Positions 45,311 through 54,357 of a stretch of 57,791 bases of DNA are shown here, in pieces. The position numbers were made by a program, and so were the translations under genes. The stretch covers positions 1-57,791 of the IMG/VR virus record IMGVR_UViG_3300012676_000003; one strand, given 5' to 3'. The stretch's first letter is position 1. Each line of letters starts with the position of its first letter. A model generated the notes under the pieces. That model saw nothing but the letters and a program-made list of their open reading frames with translations, had not been told where the DNA came from and searched no databases. The DNA comes from a virus. Lineage: Duplodnaviria > Caudoviricetes.

Positions 45311-47710
45311 TCACTGTTTCAGGTAGTCGAAATTTCCGGGAACTCGGTTGATGTTGTGGGTGAAGTATCGCCCGAACTTGCGTTCGAACACGCGGTTGGC
45401 GTCCTGAACATAGGCGCCGATGTTCCCGAGCTTACTGACGCTCGCATGTTCCTGATGCGTCCCGGTTGAAAACGGGGTGAACAAAATCCGATACCCAAGC
45501 TTTCGAACGCTCAAGGCGTAGGCATCGTCCTGCGCGAAAATCTTCATCTCTTCATCGTAACAGCCAGCATCATAAAACACCTTGCGCGGAGTGAGCACCA
45601 CGCACCCGCAACAATTCTCCAGTTCCGTTACATCGCGAAAGGTATGATCGCGGTGTTTATGGTCAATATGACCCCATCCACGCATACCGGGGCTTCGGAC
45701 TTTTCCAGCATGATAAATCGTTCCATCTGGATACCTGAGTAAATTGGACACAATGCCAGTATCAGGCTTGGTTACATCACGCATTTTCTGCACTGCGCCG
45801 TCATCAAGGAAAGCATCGTCATTGCAGAACAGAAGCCACTTCCCAACACTGCTGCGAGCGCCAAGGTTGGCATTGCCGGAGAACCCGATACCGCTTCGCT
45901 TGGTCTTTGCGACTCGGATTTTCGGGTTCTGCATGATGCCTAGTGGTATCACTGACTTAGCCTCAGCCGCAACGATGATTTCATTGACTTGCGGAAGCAG
46001 GCAAGCCAAACAGCGATTGAGCACTTGCACGTTCGGCTGATAAATCGGAACGATGGCCGAAATCCAATCGTTAGACTGTGCGGCAATACGGTAGTTTACA
46101 GCTTGAGCGATTATGTCCGGACTGATGTTCCAGCAGGGTGGCACATTTCGATTCTTGGGGCAGATGTGTTCCATACACCCGAGGCAATCCAGCTTCGGCT
46201 CAATCGTCTGGAAATCGTTTTGGTCATTGAGATGGAGTTCTGGACGGGATGACTGGGTAAGCGCAATCACAGGCACGCCCAAGGCGGCAGCAACGTGCAT
46301 CGGACCTGTATCAACGGTTACAACGAGGTCGGCCTTTGCTATCCAAACAATGAGATTATCTAGGTGCCGACATTGCAGATCCACGAACGGACCCGGAGGG
46401 GCATTGTGACGCCCCAACCAGAACTTGGTGCCCACCATTTTTTCAGCGGCTTGCGTCCATGCGTAGTCTGGGTACGTTCGGACGTTGAAAGAATCGCTGC
46501 GCGGCACAATGAAGATCCATGGTCTTGAATGCTTCTCGAACTGTGCCCGATCTTGCGTTACTTCGTCGGGATGAAGGATGAGCTTGGGGCGACAATTATA
46601 GGGTTGCCCGAGGTCAATGCGCTGGCGCTGTAACTGCATGGTCGCTGAGCGATAGAACATATCGTGAAAATGAAGCTGCTTACGACCACCATGCTTTTCG
46701 TAAGCCCCATCCAGATTGACCATTGTCGGTGTGTTGCATGGTCGCACTTCCGCCACATCCGGGCACCGGCGCAACACGCAATGAATATCGTTGTGACACT
46801 GAAAGATTGGCCGATAGCCGAGTTCTTTTAAACGAGCGGCTACAACGGTTGAGCAAAGCACATCCCCAATGGCCGCTGTGCGCCGGACAACAATGTCCCT
46901 TGGCGGTTTGACCTTGGTCAGGAGATTGGGCGGCATTTTGTTCTCTCGCGGTAAACTGTTAACGAAATCGCGCACTGCATTCAATTGCCGAATCGCGTGG
47001 GAATACGGAATCTTCATCCGGCAATTGTCGCCTTGCGGCACGGCGCTATTCCAGCCGTCAACCGTGTATGCCAGCATAGGAACCTTCGACGCAGCGGCAA
47101 GGTGAAGCGTGGCCGTGTCAATCGTGATCAGTCCGGCAGCAGCGTCATAGAGTGCCAGCAAATCGAAGATGCGTTCAGCGTGAACCTTCCCAATATCGAT
47201 CAAGGAGAAGTCGCGGGAACATCGGGTGAGTAGGCCATAAATAGTGCGCGTATGTGGGAAGGGCGATGATATGCCGGTAAAGTTGTAAAGAAGCAAAGGC
47301 TTTGATTGCTGAAAACGACTCATCAACCGCTCTTCACGCGCATTGTTTCGCCGGTCGAACACAGTGGGGAATTTGCCGTAAGAATCCGGGAACCCAGCGT
47401 CAACCCATATAGCCTGGCCGAAGGTGGCACAGAGCCTACCGTTGGTCATGTTAGGCGCATGACATTGAGTGACGCACACCTCCCCATATTTGGATTGGGC
47501 ATAAGCGTGCGCCTGCTGGAAACCATCATACCAATCCACGTCAAGTATGTCGGCATCAACGTAGCTCACGCCTTCAAGGACGGGAGCGTATTGGCGAGAC
47601 ACAACGACCACCGGCTTTTCTTCCGTAGAATCACGAAGATGCTTCAGGAACGGAAGCTGGAGAATCAAGTCCCCTGTGCGACCTAGGGTCAGGAACACTT
47701 TTGGCATCAC
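45311..47710 (-). CDS. Triple glycosyltransferase fusion GT9-GT9-GT2
   Basis: GRTGDLI/TIDTATLHLAAA; AAIGDV/TVDTGPMHVAAALG; SAIVP..N.G..LFCNDD..QDD. Confidence 0.85.
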   Translation of the reverse strand: MMPKVFLTLGRTGDLILQLPFLKHLRDSTEEKPVVVVSRQYAPVLEGVSYVDADILDVDWYDGFQQAHAYAQSKYGEVCVTQCHAPNMTNGRLCATFGQAIWVDAGFPDSYGKFPTVFDRRNNAREERLMSRFQQSKPLLLYNFTGISSPFPHTRTIYGLLTRCSRDFSLIDIGKVHAERIFDLLALYDAAAGLITIDTATLHLAAASKVPMLAYTVDGWNSAVPQGDNCRMKIPYSHAIRQLNAVRDFVNSLPRENKMPPNLLTKVKPPRDIVVRRTAAIGDVLCSTVVAARLKELGYRPIFQCHNDIHCVLRRCPDVAEVRPCNTPTMVNLDGAYEKHGGRKQLHFHDMFYRSATMQLQRQRIDLGQPYNCRPKLILHPDEVTQDRAQFEKHSRPWIFIVPRSDSFNVRTYPDYAWTQAAEKMVGTKFWLGRHNAPPGPFVDLQCRHLDNLIVWIAKADLVVTVDTGPMHVAAALGVPVIALTQSSRPELHLNDQNDFQTIEPKLDCLGCMEHICPKNRNVPPCWNISPDIIAQAVNYRIAAQSNDWISAIVPIYQPNVQVLNRCLACLLPQVNEIIVAAEAKSVIPLGIMQNPKIRVAKTKRSGIGFSGNANLGARSSVGKWLLFCNDDAFLDDGAVQKMRDVTKPDTGIVSNLLRYPDGTIYHAGKVRSPGMRGWGHIDHKHRDHTFRDVTELENCCGCVVLTPRKVFYDAGCYDEEMKIFAQDDAYALSVRKLGYRILFTPFSTGTHQEHASVSKLGNIGAYVQDANRVFERKFGRYFTHNINRVPGNFDYLKQ

Positions 47711-47711
47711 T

Positions 47712-48350
47712 TTAATCCAATGGACACTTTCCTAGGTCGCGAAGAATTATTCTTTTTGCTGAAGCTAATTTGTTAGCGTCAACAGCAACCGGCTGATATA
47801 GCCCAACAATCCACCACCTTTCACCCTTCCAAGCCTTGGGATTATGGGTTCCGTGCAACGCGGTCTTAGTGCAGGGCTGAAACACGCCGGATATTTCTTC
47901 AACCATCCCCACCTTGCGTTGATGTCCAGTACCTCCATTTGCCGGAAAACCGTGCATATTGGAGCGCCAAAACGCAGGCACAACTCCAGTTTCAACCGGA
48001 ACGGAATTCAACAACGCGGTAAGATAGTGATCATCCAAATTACCGGAACCGAAACCGTCACCGTAACCGTAACCGTCACCGTAACCGTCACCGTAACCGT
48101 AACCGTCACCGTCACCGTAACCGTCACCGGAATCGGAACCGTCGGAACCGGAACCGGAACCGAAACCGTCACCGTCACCGTAACCGTCACCGGAACCGTC
48201 ACCGTCACCGTAACCGTCACCGGAACCGTCACCGTAACCGTAACCGTCACCGTCACCGTAACCGTAACCGGAACCGTCACCGTCACCGTAACCGTCACCG
48301 GAATCGGAACCGTCGGAACCGGAACCGGACTTATAGATGGTCAGCTCCAT
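47712..48350 (-). CDS. Gly-Asp-Tyr-Ser repeat protein
   Basis: (GD/GY/GS)n tract; follows the DUF6948-like gene. Confidence 0.8.
   Translation of the reverse strand: MELTIYKSGSGSDGSDSGDGYGDGDGSGYGYGDGDGYGYGDGSGDGYGDGDGSGDGYGDGDGFGSGSGSDGSDSGDGYGDGDGYGYGDGYGDGYGYGDGFGSGNLDDHYLTALLNSVPVETGVVPAFWRSNMHGFPANGGTGHQRKVGMVEEISGVFQPCTKTALHGTHNPKAWKGERWWIVGLYQPVAVDANKLASAKRIILRDLGKCPLD
48043..48328. repeat. Hexamer tandem repeat (ACCGTC/ACCGTA/ACCGGA), coding
   Basis: Directly visible; GSGSDGSDSGDGYGDGDG block occurs twice. Confidence 0.95.
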
Positions 48351-48625
48351 ATTTCTTTCTCCCAATTTGCGGCAGCTTCTTCAGTTGTTTCCATTACCGC
48401 AGTTACATCGCGCACGATCATTTTCTGCACGCTCGGCCCGATGCGACATCCAGGTCCTGGACCACGAGTCGCCAGACCGCAAACACCCTTCATGTCAGAG
48501 GTCCAATACACAGCCATTTTTGCTTTAGACAACTCAATGGTTGGCCCGTCCGACGGCACACCGTAACCGAAAAATACTCCCTGGTGAGCCGTTGTTACAA
48601 TCAGTGGTTTTACGTTGTTTTCCAT
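48341..48625 (-). CDS. DUF6948-like protein
   Basis: IV.T...GVFFG..L..A....YW......LA..GP. Confidence 0.75.
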   Translation of the reverse strand: MENNVKPLIVTTAHQGVFFGYGVPSDGPTIELSKAKMAVYWTSDMKGVCGLATRGPGPGCRIGPSVQKMIVRDVTAVMETTEEAAANWEKEIWS

Positions 48626-48718
48626 AATGTTGGTTTTGATTTTGTGTTTTAAGATATCAATTTCCGTGGCCATTATCCACGTCGCTTCAGATTATGCAAG
48701 AATAAAGTTATTTGAGAG

Positions 48719-48747
48719 TTGACAAATGTATCCAAGCCTGAAAGAAT
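48719..48747 (+). promoter_or_regulatory. sigma70-type promoter, leaderless transcript
   Basis: TTGACA-N17-AAGAAT, ATG at 48754. Confidence 0.6.
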
Positions 48748-48753
48748 ACTGGC

Positions 48754-48825
48754 ATGGCTCATGGCTGTCCTGAGTGCGGATTGCTCTGTCATTGTGGTGG
48801 CGATATTGACGATTGCCAATTATGA
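48754..48825 (+). CDS. 23-aa Cys peptide MAHGCPECGLLCHCGGDIDDCQL (absent from ORF track)
   Basis: At predicted start site; ATGA overlap with next gene. Confidence 0.55.
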   Translation: MAHGCPECGLLCHCGGDIDDCQL

Positions 48826-49157
48826 CCATGATTGAGAAAACCACAGGCTACAGAGTAGGCGAGACCTTTCACAAAGAATTAGCCGATGCGCAGGTTGCGG
48901 CCATTGCTGAGCTTTTAAAGTCATCGCTTCATTCATCCACCTTTACTGACATCAATGCCGATTCCGAAACGCCACATATTCTCGCGGAAGCACTTTATGA
49001 AAAGCGTGGCGAAATCATCGCCATTTTCGCCATGTCGGATGACGAAACACTCACGCGAGCCGCAGCTAAGAAACCCCGCAAACGACGCAGTGACGCTGGC
49101 AAGGCACGCCCGGCCAAAAATTTCGACGCAGACGTGTACCCACAGGCAGCTAAATGA
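48822..49157 (+). CDS. Hypothetical protein with basic KPRKRRSDAG tail
   Basis: Coupled ORF. Confidence 0.7.
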   Translation: MTMIEKTTGYRVGETFHKELADAQVAAIAELLKSSLHSSTFTDINADSETPHILAEALYEKRGEIIAIFAMSDDETLTRAAAKKPRKRRSDAGKARPAKNFDADVYPQAAK

Positions 49158-49456
49158 CGCGCTCGCAGTGGCAATCCAAGTTGCGCTCGTTGCCGAAGGG
49201 TTTGACCTTGAAGCAGGTCGCGCGTCGTCTGCGCAAGCCTTATCAGCTAGCGGCTCGCTGGTGCAAGGTGTTCGGATATCGGAACCGGATTGACCGCGCG
49301 TGGACGGCCCAGAGACTCCGAGAATTCCGACGAGCGCCTTGGAGTCGCGTGCCGTGGAACATGGCTAATGTGGAAATCGCTAGGAGCTATGGGGTTTCAC
49401 GCGAGATTGTGCGGCGCAGGCGCAAGGAATTTACAAAGGCAGGCAATGGATCTTAA
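49154..49456 (+). CDS. Basic double-HTH-like DNA-binding protein
   Basis: TLKQVARRL; NVEIARSYGVSREIV. Confidence 0.7.
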   Translation: MTRSQWQSKLRSLPKGLTLKQVARRLRKPYQLAARWCKVFGYRNRIDRAWTAQRLREFRRAPWSRVPWNMANVEIARSYGVSREIVRRRRKEFTKAGNGS

Positions 49457-49919
49457 TGACATCTACAAAAAGGGCTACGAACTCTGTCCAGACGGAGTGC
49501 TCAGGAAACCTTCGAAAGCGCAGTGCCTGCTCTCCAACCATCCAAAAGCTGTCGTGCAACCTAAGCCTGCTAGAAAACGTATCCGTCAGGATTCCAAACC
49601 TCTTATGAACAAGCTAGAGACAGAGTTCTTCCACTGGATCAAGGATCAATATCCGAACTACCCACCCGTACGCCCACAAGCAAAGACCTTCCGGCTAGCT
49701 AACGGTCTCCGCTATACACCAGATTTCACCTGCTCCATCTGGCCGGATGAAAGTGAGGAAGGTCCAACGCGAGAGACGGCATGGGAAATCAAGGGTAAAC
49801 ACATTTGGGATGATGCCATTTGCAAACTGAAGGTGGCCGCGACCGCATTCCCTGAAGTGCGCTGGCTCTTTTGTTGGAAGATCGATGGCAAATGGGTCAT
49901 GCAGGAAATCAAACCGTGA
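49446..49919 (+). CDS. PD-(D/E)XK endonuclease (DUF1064-like)
   Basis: MNKLE..F; YTPDF; EIKG; KLK. Confidence 0.75.
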   Translation: MDLNDIYKKGYELCPDGVLRKPSKAQCLLSNHPKAVVQPKPARKRIRQDSKPLMNKLETEFFHWIKDQYPNYPPVRPQAKTFRLANGLRYTPDFTCSIWPDESEEGPTRETAWEIKGKHIWDDAICKLKVAATAFPEVRWLFCWKIDGKWVMQEIKP

Positions 49920-49925
49920 GACTTT

Positions 49926-50888
49926 ATGGAAGAAACAACCAACATTTCATGGTGTGATAGCACGTGGAACCCGTGGCGCGGGTGCGACAAGGTGAACTCC
50001 GATGCGATTTGGAATGAACCGTTTAAGTGGAACCGAAAGCCGTGGGTGTGTGATGTGTGTGATAAGCCATCAGCACCGTTCTTGGTTGAACCAGCGCAGT
50101 GTGAGTGTGGGGTTGTGGCCATGTTCCACCGTCGCCGCGTGTTCTCGCTTTCGTTGGGTGATTGGCTTGACTCGAAGGTGCCGATTGAATGGCTGGCGAG
50201 AATGCTCGACACCATTCGCCAATGTCAGGACATCGACTTCCTGCTCGTGTCGAAGCGGACGGAGTTGTGGCGAGCAAGGATGAAAGCCGTCTTGGATAGC
50301 AGCCAACTGGATGCGCAGCCGCAGGATTGGCAATTCATTGGCTGGCTCAAAGATTGGTTGAACAATAAGCCGCCATCTAACGTTTGGATCATCGCCAGCG
50401 CCGAAAACCAGGAGATGTTGGATAAGCGCATCCCTGAGTTGTTAAGGATTCCGGCAGTGGTGCGCGGCCTGAGCTGTGAGCCGTTGTTGGGGCCGCTGGT
50501 ATTTGATTACGCACTGGGAGGCAATTCGACTAGCGACTTCTCTTCAAAGTTCAGCACGGCTGGAATTCACTGGATCATCGCAGGCGGTGAGAGCGGGAAA
50601 GGTGCTCGCCCATGCAACGTGGAATGGATACGCTCCATCGTGAACCAGTGCAAAGCGGCTGGCGTTCCGTGCTTTGTGAAGCAGTTGGGGACGAATAGTT
50701 GTCAGGACTTGAGTGCGGTTATCCCCGAAGCCAGCGATGAAGATGCACAGAACGATCCTTGTGCCGCCGCCCAATGGGACATTCACAGGCACCAAGTACC
50801 ACTTCATCTCAAACACTCCAAAGGCGGAGACCCTGCCGAATGGCCTAAGGATTTGAGTGTGCAGCAGTTCCCTAAGGTGGCGCGATGA
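49926..50888 (+). CDS. DUF5131 (Gp37/Gp68)-family protein with truncated Cys motif
   Basis: T.ISWCD.TWNPW.GC.KV; LS.EPLLG; WII.GGESG..ARP; FVKQLG. Confidence 0.85.
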   Translation: MEETTNISWCDSTWNPWRGCDKVNSDAIWNEPFKWNRKPWVCDVCDKPSAPFLVEPAQCECGVVAMFHRRRVFSLSLGDWLDSKVPIEWLARMLDTIRQCQDIDFLLVSKRTELWRARMKAVLDSSQLDAQPQDWQFIGWLKDWLNNKPPSNVWIIASAENQEMLDKRIPELLRIPAVVRGLSCEPLLGPLVFDYALGGNSTSDFSSKFSTAGIHWIIAGGESGKGARPCNVEWIRSIVNQCKAAGVPCFVKQLGTNSCQDLSAVIPEASDEDAQNDPCAAAQWDIHRHQVPLHLKHSKGGDPAEWPKDLSVQQFPKVAR

Positions 50889-51085
50889 CACCAGAAGCTA
50901 AACCACACATCATAGAAACGAAATTCACGATCAGGGATAAGGTCATGGTCACGGAGATCCAACGCCCAGCCGTGATTGACCTAATCCAGATTGATGCCAG
51001 TGGCGTCTCGTATTGCATCGTGCTTTGGGATAACGGCGAGCGCAAAGAGGTATGGGTCTACGAAGATGAAATCCAAAAGCGATGA
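50885..51085 (+). CDS. Hypothetical protein
   Basis: Coupled ORF. Confidence 0.7.
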   Translation: MTPEAKPHIIETKFTIRDKVMVTEIQRPAVIDLIQIDASGVSYCIVLWDNGERKEVWVYEDEIQKR

Positions 51086-51240
51086 GTAAATCCACGCCAA
51101 AGCTTTGCCTTCGATGCAATAAAAACCCGCTACAGAAATCACGGCACTACTGCGACAAGTGCGTGCGTGAGACTGCCGAACTTTACTGGACAAAATATGG
51201 GTTCTCCCATGAACACCTTCGAGATTCGCATCATCATTAG
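51082..51240 (+). CDS. 52-aa zinc-finger protein (absent from ORF track)
   Basis: MSKSTPKLCLRC..YCDKC; ATGA coupling. Confidence 0.65.
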   Translation: MSKSTPKLCLRCNKNPLQKSRHYCDKCVRETAELYWTKYGFSHEHLRDSHHH

Positions 51241-51535
51241 GAGAGCCGAAGCTATCGGGCTAATTCGGTTCCCAGATCCAAATCACCGAAAGGCTAGGCT
51301 CCGTAAAGGAGCAGGGCTATGCGATTGCGGCAGGGAAGCAACCGTTAGGATGCACAATGGGCATTGGCAATGCGACCGCTGCGAAGAACTGAACGCGCTC
51401 GTGGTCCACCAGGAAACGTTGTCGCACCCGGAATATGACCCGGACTACGAAGTCGAACGATACGAACGCCGTCAATGGATGCAGATGCTAAACGGAAAAA
51501 AGAATCGTAGGAAACGGAAAGTACTTAGAACATGA
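51209..51535 (+). CDS. Zinc-finger hypothetical protein
   Basis: CDCG..CDRC. Confidence 0.65.
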   Translation: MNTFEIRIIIRRAEAIGLIRFPDPNHRKARLRKGAGLCDCGREATVRMHNGHWQCDRCEELNALVVHQETLSHPEYDPDYEVERYERRQWMQMLNGKKNRRKRKVLRT

Positions 51536-51768
51536 CCACTATAAAAACCACAGACACAGACACTATCGACAGATTATTCTTGGAGTTATCACAATTCACA
51601 AAGGCGACAACCTACAAGGAGATATGCCTGGAAGCCGAGGTTAAGCGGTTGCGGGAGTTACTTCGATATGTCGCATATCTCCGAATGCCGCTAGGGGACA
51701 AGGTTATCGAAATGTTAGACCCTGACCGCGCAAAAGAGATTCGCGAAGCCTTGAGGGTAACGCCGTGA
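51532..51768 (+). CDS. Hypothetical protein
   Basis: Coupled ORF; EAEVKRLR. Confidence 0.7.
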   Translation: MTTIKTTDTDTIDRLFLELSQFTKATTYKEICLEAEVKRLRELLRYVAYLRMPLGDKVIEMLDPDRAKEIREALRVTP

Positions 51769-51992
51769 AACTCACTGCAACATGGATCCTCGCCATTGCT
51801 CTGATTTCAGGTTGTGAGCAAAGTCAGGAACAGGGTATTCCGAAGCCATAAACCAGCGTCGAGGAGGTTCAATACGACGGCTGTATCTACCTGGAATTCT
51901 ACACCTACCAAAGGTACTCGGTGATTACCCATAAAGGTAACTGCCCAAACCCAATCCACCCAAAATCTGATGTACTGGAGGTGAAACCGTGA
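51765..51992 (+). pseudogene. Phage lipoprotein interrupted by in-frame TAA (51849-51851)
   Basis: MKLTATWILAIALISG-C lipobox; same frame resumes with YDGCIY..THKGNCPNPIH and couples to next gene. Confidence 0.75.
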
Positions 51993-52210
51993 GTGATTCA
52001 TTCGAGGCTAAAAATTTGCAAGAACTCGACAAGCTGCGACGCGAAAACGCTGAGTTGAGACGGGCGCTTCTTAAATGGAGGGCTTATTTTCAGGCCGACA
52101 CTCCACGAGAAGCCATCGAACATGAAGAAGCAGCAGAACAATTCACTGAGGCATGGTACGCAATGGAGGAAGCCTTAGGGAATCTCAAACAAAAGAAACT
52201 TAACCGTTGA
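51989..52210 (+). CDS. Hypothetical protein
   Basis: GGAGGTG RBS and GTGA coupling. Confidence 0.7.
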   Translation: MSDSFEAKNLQELDKLRRENAELRRALLKWRAYFQADTPREAIEHEEAAEQFTEAWYAMEEALGNLKQKKLNR

Positions 52211-52235
52211 CACGGGGACCGTATTTTGGTAGTTT
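52207..52235 (+). promoter_or_regulatory. sigma70-type promoter of the replication gene
   Basis: TTGACA-N17-TAGTTT. Confidence 0.65.
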
Positions 52236-52242
52236 CCAATCA

Positions 52243-52356
52243 CCATGTTCGTATCGCGTTCACAGAGTTTTTTACGCTGCTGCTTGTCGGCGTCTCCAAT
52301 TCCTCAATTGGTGATTACGAGCATGGCAAGCGGACAGGCGGCAGCGTTAAGAACTC
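52243..52356 (+). promoter_or_regulatory. Structured 5' leader of the replication gene
   Basis: 24-bp stem 52265-52288/52333-52356; 52243-52253 complementary to loop 52316-52326. Confidence 0.7.
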
Positions 52357-52383
52357 CAGAACCTTTGTTGTTACTCACCAATT

Positions 52384-53220
52384 ATGCCTCTGAGGTTTTT
52401 GAGGCCCGGAATTCGTACCAGCGAACGATGGAACTCCGTTAGCCGTCCCTGCCATCAGCTTTACATCGGCCTATTGACGCTGGTTGATGACTTCGGAAGA
52501 TACGAGGCTAGAGCTAGCGTTTTATGGGGGGAATGCTTCGCTGTTTGGAACTCACTCCATCCAGACGATCCCGTAACCATGGAAAATGTTCACGCGTATC
52601 TTTCAGAACTTAAGTCGGCAGACCTTCTAAGTGTTTACTCCGTAAATGGTAAACAATACTTACAATTGCAAACGTGGGCCGAGAAGCCTAGGTCTGTAAG
52701 CAAATACCCAAATCCAATTGATGCGGCTTGTGAACAGGTGAAAACAAGCGTTAACAGATGTACGCCTCCTTCGCCTTCGCCTTCGCCTTCGCCTTCGCCT
52801 TCGGAGGAGGGAACGCCTTCGCCAGCACCGCCGCAAGTTGCGTACAAACCGCCAGTAGCCAAACCTGAACCGTTAATGACCAATCGACCTACCGTCCAGT
52901 TCCAACCTGTTAAGCGCGGTCTGTATCCCCGAGAATACAAGGACATGCTCCAAGTAGCTGACCGTGAGATTGAGCGGATTAAGCATCATCCTGATTCCTA
53001 CGAGAAGGAGTTAACCAAGGAAGCCTCCGATTTAATCAAGCTCCTGGAGCAGGAGAACAAGCCTAAGCGAGCTGTGGAAGTGAAGGCTAGGTCAGACGCT
53101 TGGGCACCAACCGTCATAAAGCCACAAGCGGCTACGAACCTGCGGGCGTGGAAAGACCGGAAGGCGGAGATACGAGCTGCCATGAACGGGGTTGTTGAGG
53201 CTGAAAGTGTCGGGAAATGA
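52384..53220 (+). CDS. Putative replication initiator/replisome organiser
   Basis: MP.R.LR.GI..S..LL..VDDFGR N-terminus and (PS)n linker. Confidence 0.7.
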   Translation: MPLRFLRPGIRTSERWNSVSRPCHQLYIGLLTLVDDFGRYEARASVLWGECFAVWNSLHPDDPVTMENVHAYLSELKSADLLSVYSVNGKQYLQLQTWAEKPRSVSKYPNPIDAACEQVKTSVNRCTPPSPSPSPSPSPSEEGTPSPAPPQVAYKPPVAKPEPLMTNRPTVQFQPVKRGLYPREYKDMLQVADREIERIKHHPDSYEKELTKEASDLIKLLEQENKPKRAVEVKARSDAWAPTVIKPQAATNLRAWKDRKAEIRAAMNGVVEAESVGK

Positions 53221-53232
53221 AAGGATCGATTC

Positions 53233-53523
53233 ATGGAGCTACAAAATATGGATTCAGAACCAACCACCACAACGACATTTCGAACATTCCACATGTGCCA
53301 GTCTGTTGAAGGTCCATTGCTTAATTGGACAACTAGGGACTGGAAACAGGCCACCAAATGGATGACGCGAGACGATGGTTCCAAGATGACCGCAATGGAG
53401 CTTAAGGCTGCATTCGTGGAGTTATTAGGCGAGGGGAAGAAGGTTATTCCGCTCGGCAAACCATGCGAAGGATTCAGCTACGAAACGGGATGTCCGGGTC
53501 ATCCGGCAGAAGATGAGGGATGA
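53233..53523 (+). CDS. Hypothetical protein
   Basis: C-terminal C..F.Y.TGCPGH. Confidence 0.75.
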   Translation: MELQNMDSEPTTTTTFRTFHMCQSVEGPLLNWTTRDWKQATKWMTRDDGSKMTAMELKAAFVELLGEGKKVIPLGKPCEGFSYETGCPGHPAEDEG

Positions 53524-53614
53524 TTTTATGCCACGCCAACCAGAACAAACTACGAGCGGGCCTTTGGTTCGTCCCGGCCCCAGTTGGCGCGGCGTTTAAG
53601 AGAAAGAAAACCAA

Positions 53615-53947
53615 ATGACACCAGAACGACAACGAATAGCCATTGCCACGGCGATAAAGAATTGGGAGATTCACCACGGAGGAAAGTATTGCGCAATTAA
53701 AAACTGCAAAAATCCAACCTTAAACGAAAGGCTCTTTGATCCACTTGAAGACTTGAACGCCTGTCACGAGATGGAGAAGGCGCTAACTGAGTCGCAACAG
53801 ATACGATATCGTCAGCTACTTGCTTGCAATTCGGACGGCAGGAGAGCGGTGTTTGCGACAGCCGAAGCCGCCATGTGCCACGCCACTGCTGCGCAGCGTA
53901 AAGATGCGTTCTTGCGCACCCTCAACCTTTGGGAGGAAACGAAATGA
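53615..53947 (+). CDS. Hypothetical phage protein
   Basis: DLNA.HE.EK.L..ATA.QR..AFLR. Confidence 0.75.
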   Translation: MTPERQRIAIATAIKNWEIHHGGKYCAIKNCKNPTLNERLFDPLEDLNACHEMEKALTESQQIRYRQLLACNSDGRRAVFATAEAAMCHATAAQRKDAFLRTLNLWEETK

Positions 53948-54357
53948 AAACAGCCGAAGAGTGGATGAATGAAATGAAGGTATGGAGTGTCGCAGCCGTC
54001 ATGTGTGTGCAACTTGACGCCCAGGACCAGCTACATGAGCGGGCCGAGAATGCCGAGGCGGCTCTAAACGAGCAGCGGAGTCGCGCCGAAAAAGCCGAAG
54101 CCGAGGTTAAGCGGTTGCGGAAGATACTTGGAGACATGGAAAGCGAGTATGCCAGTGCACTTGCTCAGTGTTCCGACCGCGAGACTGAGGTGAGGCGGTT
54201 GCGGGAGGCGGTTTCCAAGGCACGCGACTTCATTGCTAAAGTAAACGACGACTATCCCCGCGTGAGGCGCGACGATTACGGGCTTTACACCGGATCGGAC
54301 CCTGAGCGCGACGAACTCTTGGACGTTTTGGAAGAAGCCTTGGAGGTGAAACCGTGA
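53944..54357 (+). CDS. Coiled-coil hypothetical protein
   Basis: RAEKAEAEVKRLR; ATGA coupling. Confidence 0.7.
   Translation: MKTAEEWMNEMKVWSVAAVMCVQLDAQDQLHERAENAEAALNEQRSRAEKAEAEVKRLRKILGDMESEYASALAQCSDRETEVRRLREAVSKARDFIAKVNDDYPRVRRDDYGLYTGSDPERDELLDVLEEALEVKP

Noticed and set aside
47844-48566. Val-Thr repeat ORFs (47844 + and 48008 -)
   Set aside because: Alternative-frame shadows of the Gly-Asp/Tyr hexamer repeat
48750-48765. Third sigma54 promoter (TGGCATGGCTCATGGC)
   Set aside because: GC element is one base off the strict spacing and overlaps a start codon
51849-51851. Alternative genetic code
   Set aside because: Long ORFs are intact under the standard code and all three stop codons terminate genes
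52768-52803. (CCTTCG)6 as origin iterons or a contingency locus
   Set aside because: In-frame hexamer encoding the Pro-Ser linker common in such replication proteins; an origin role cannot be supported
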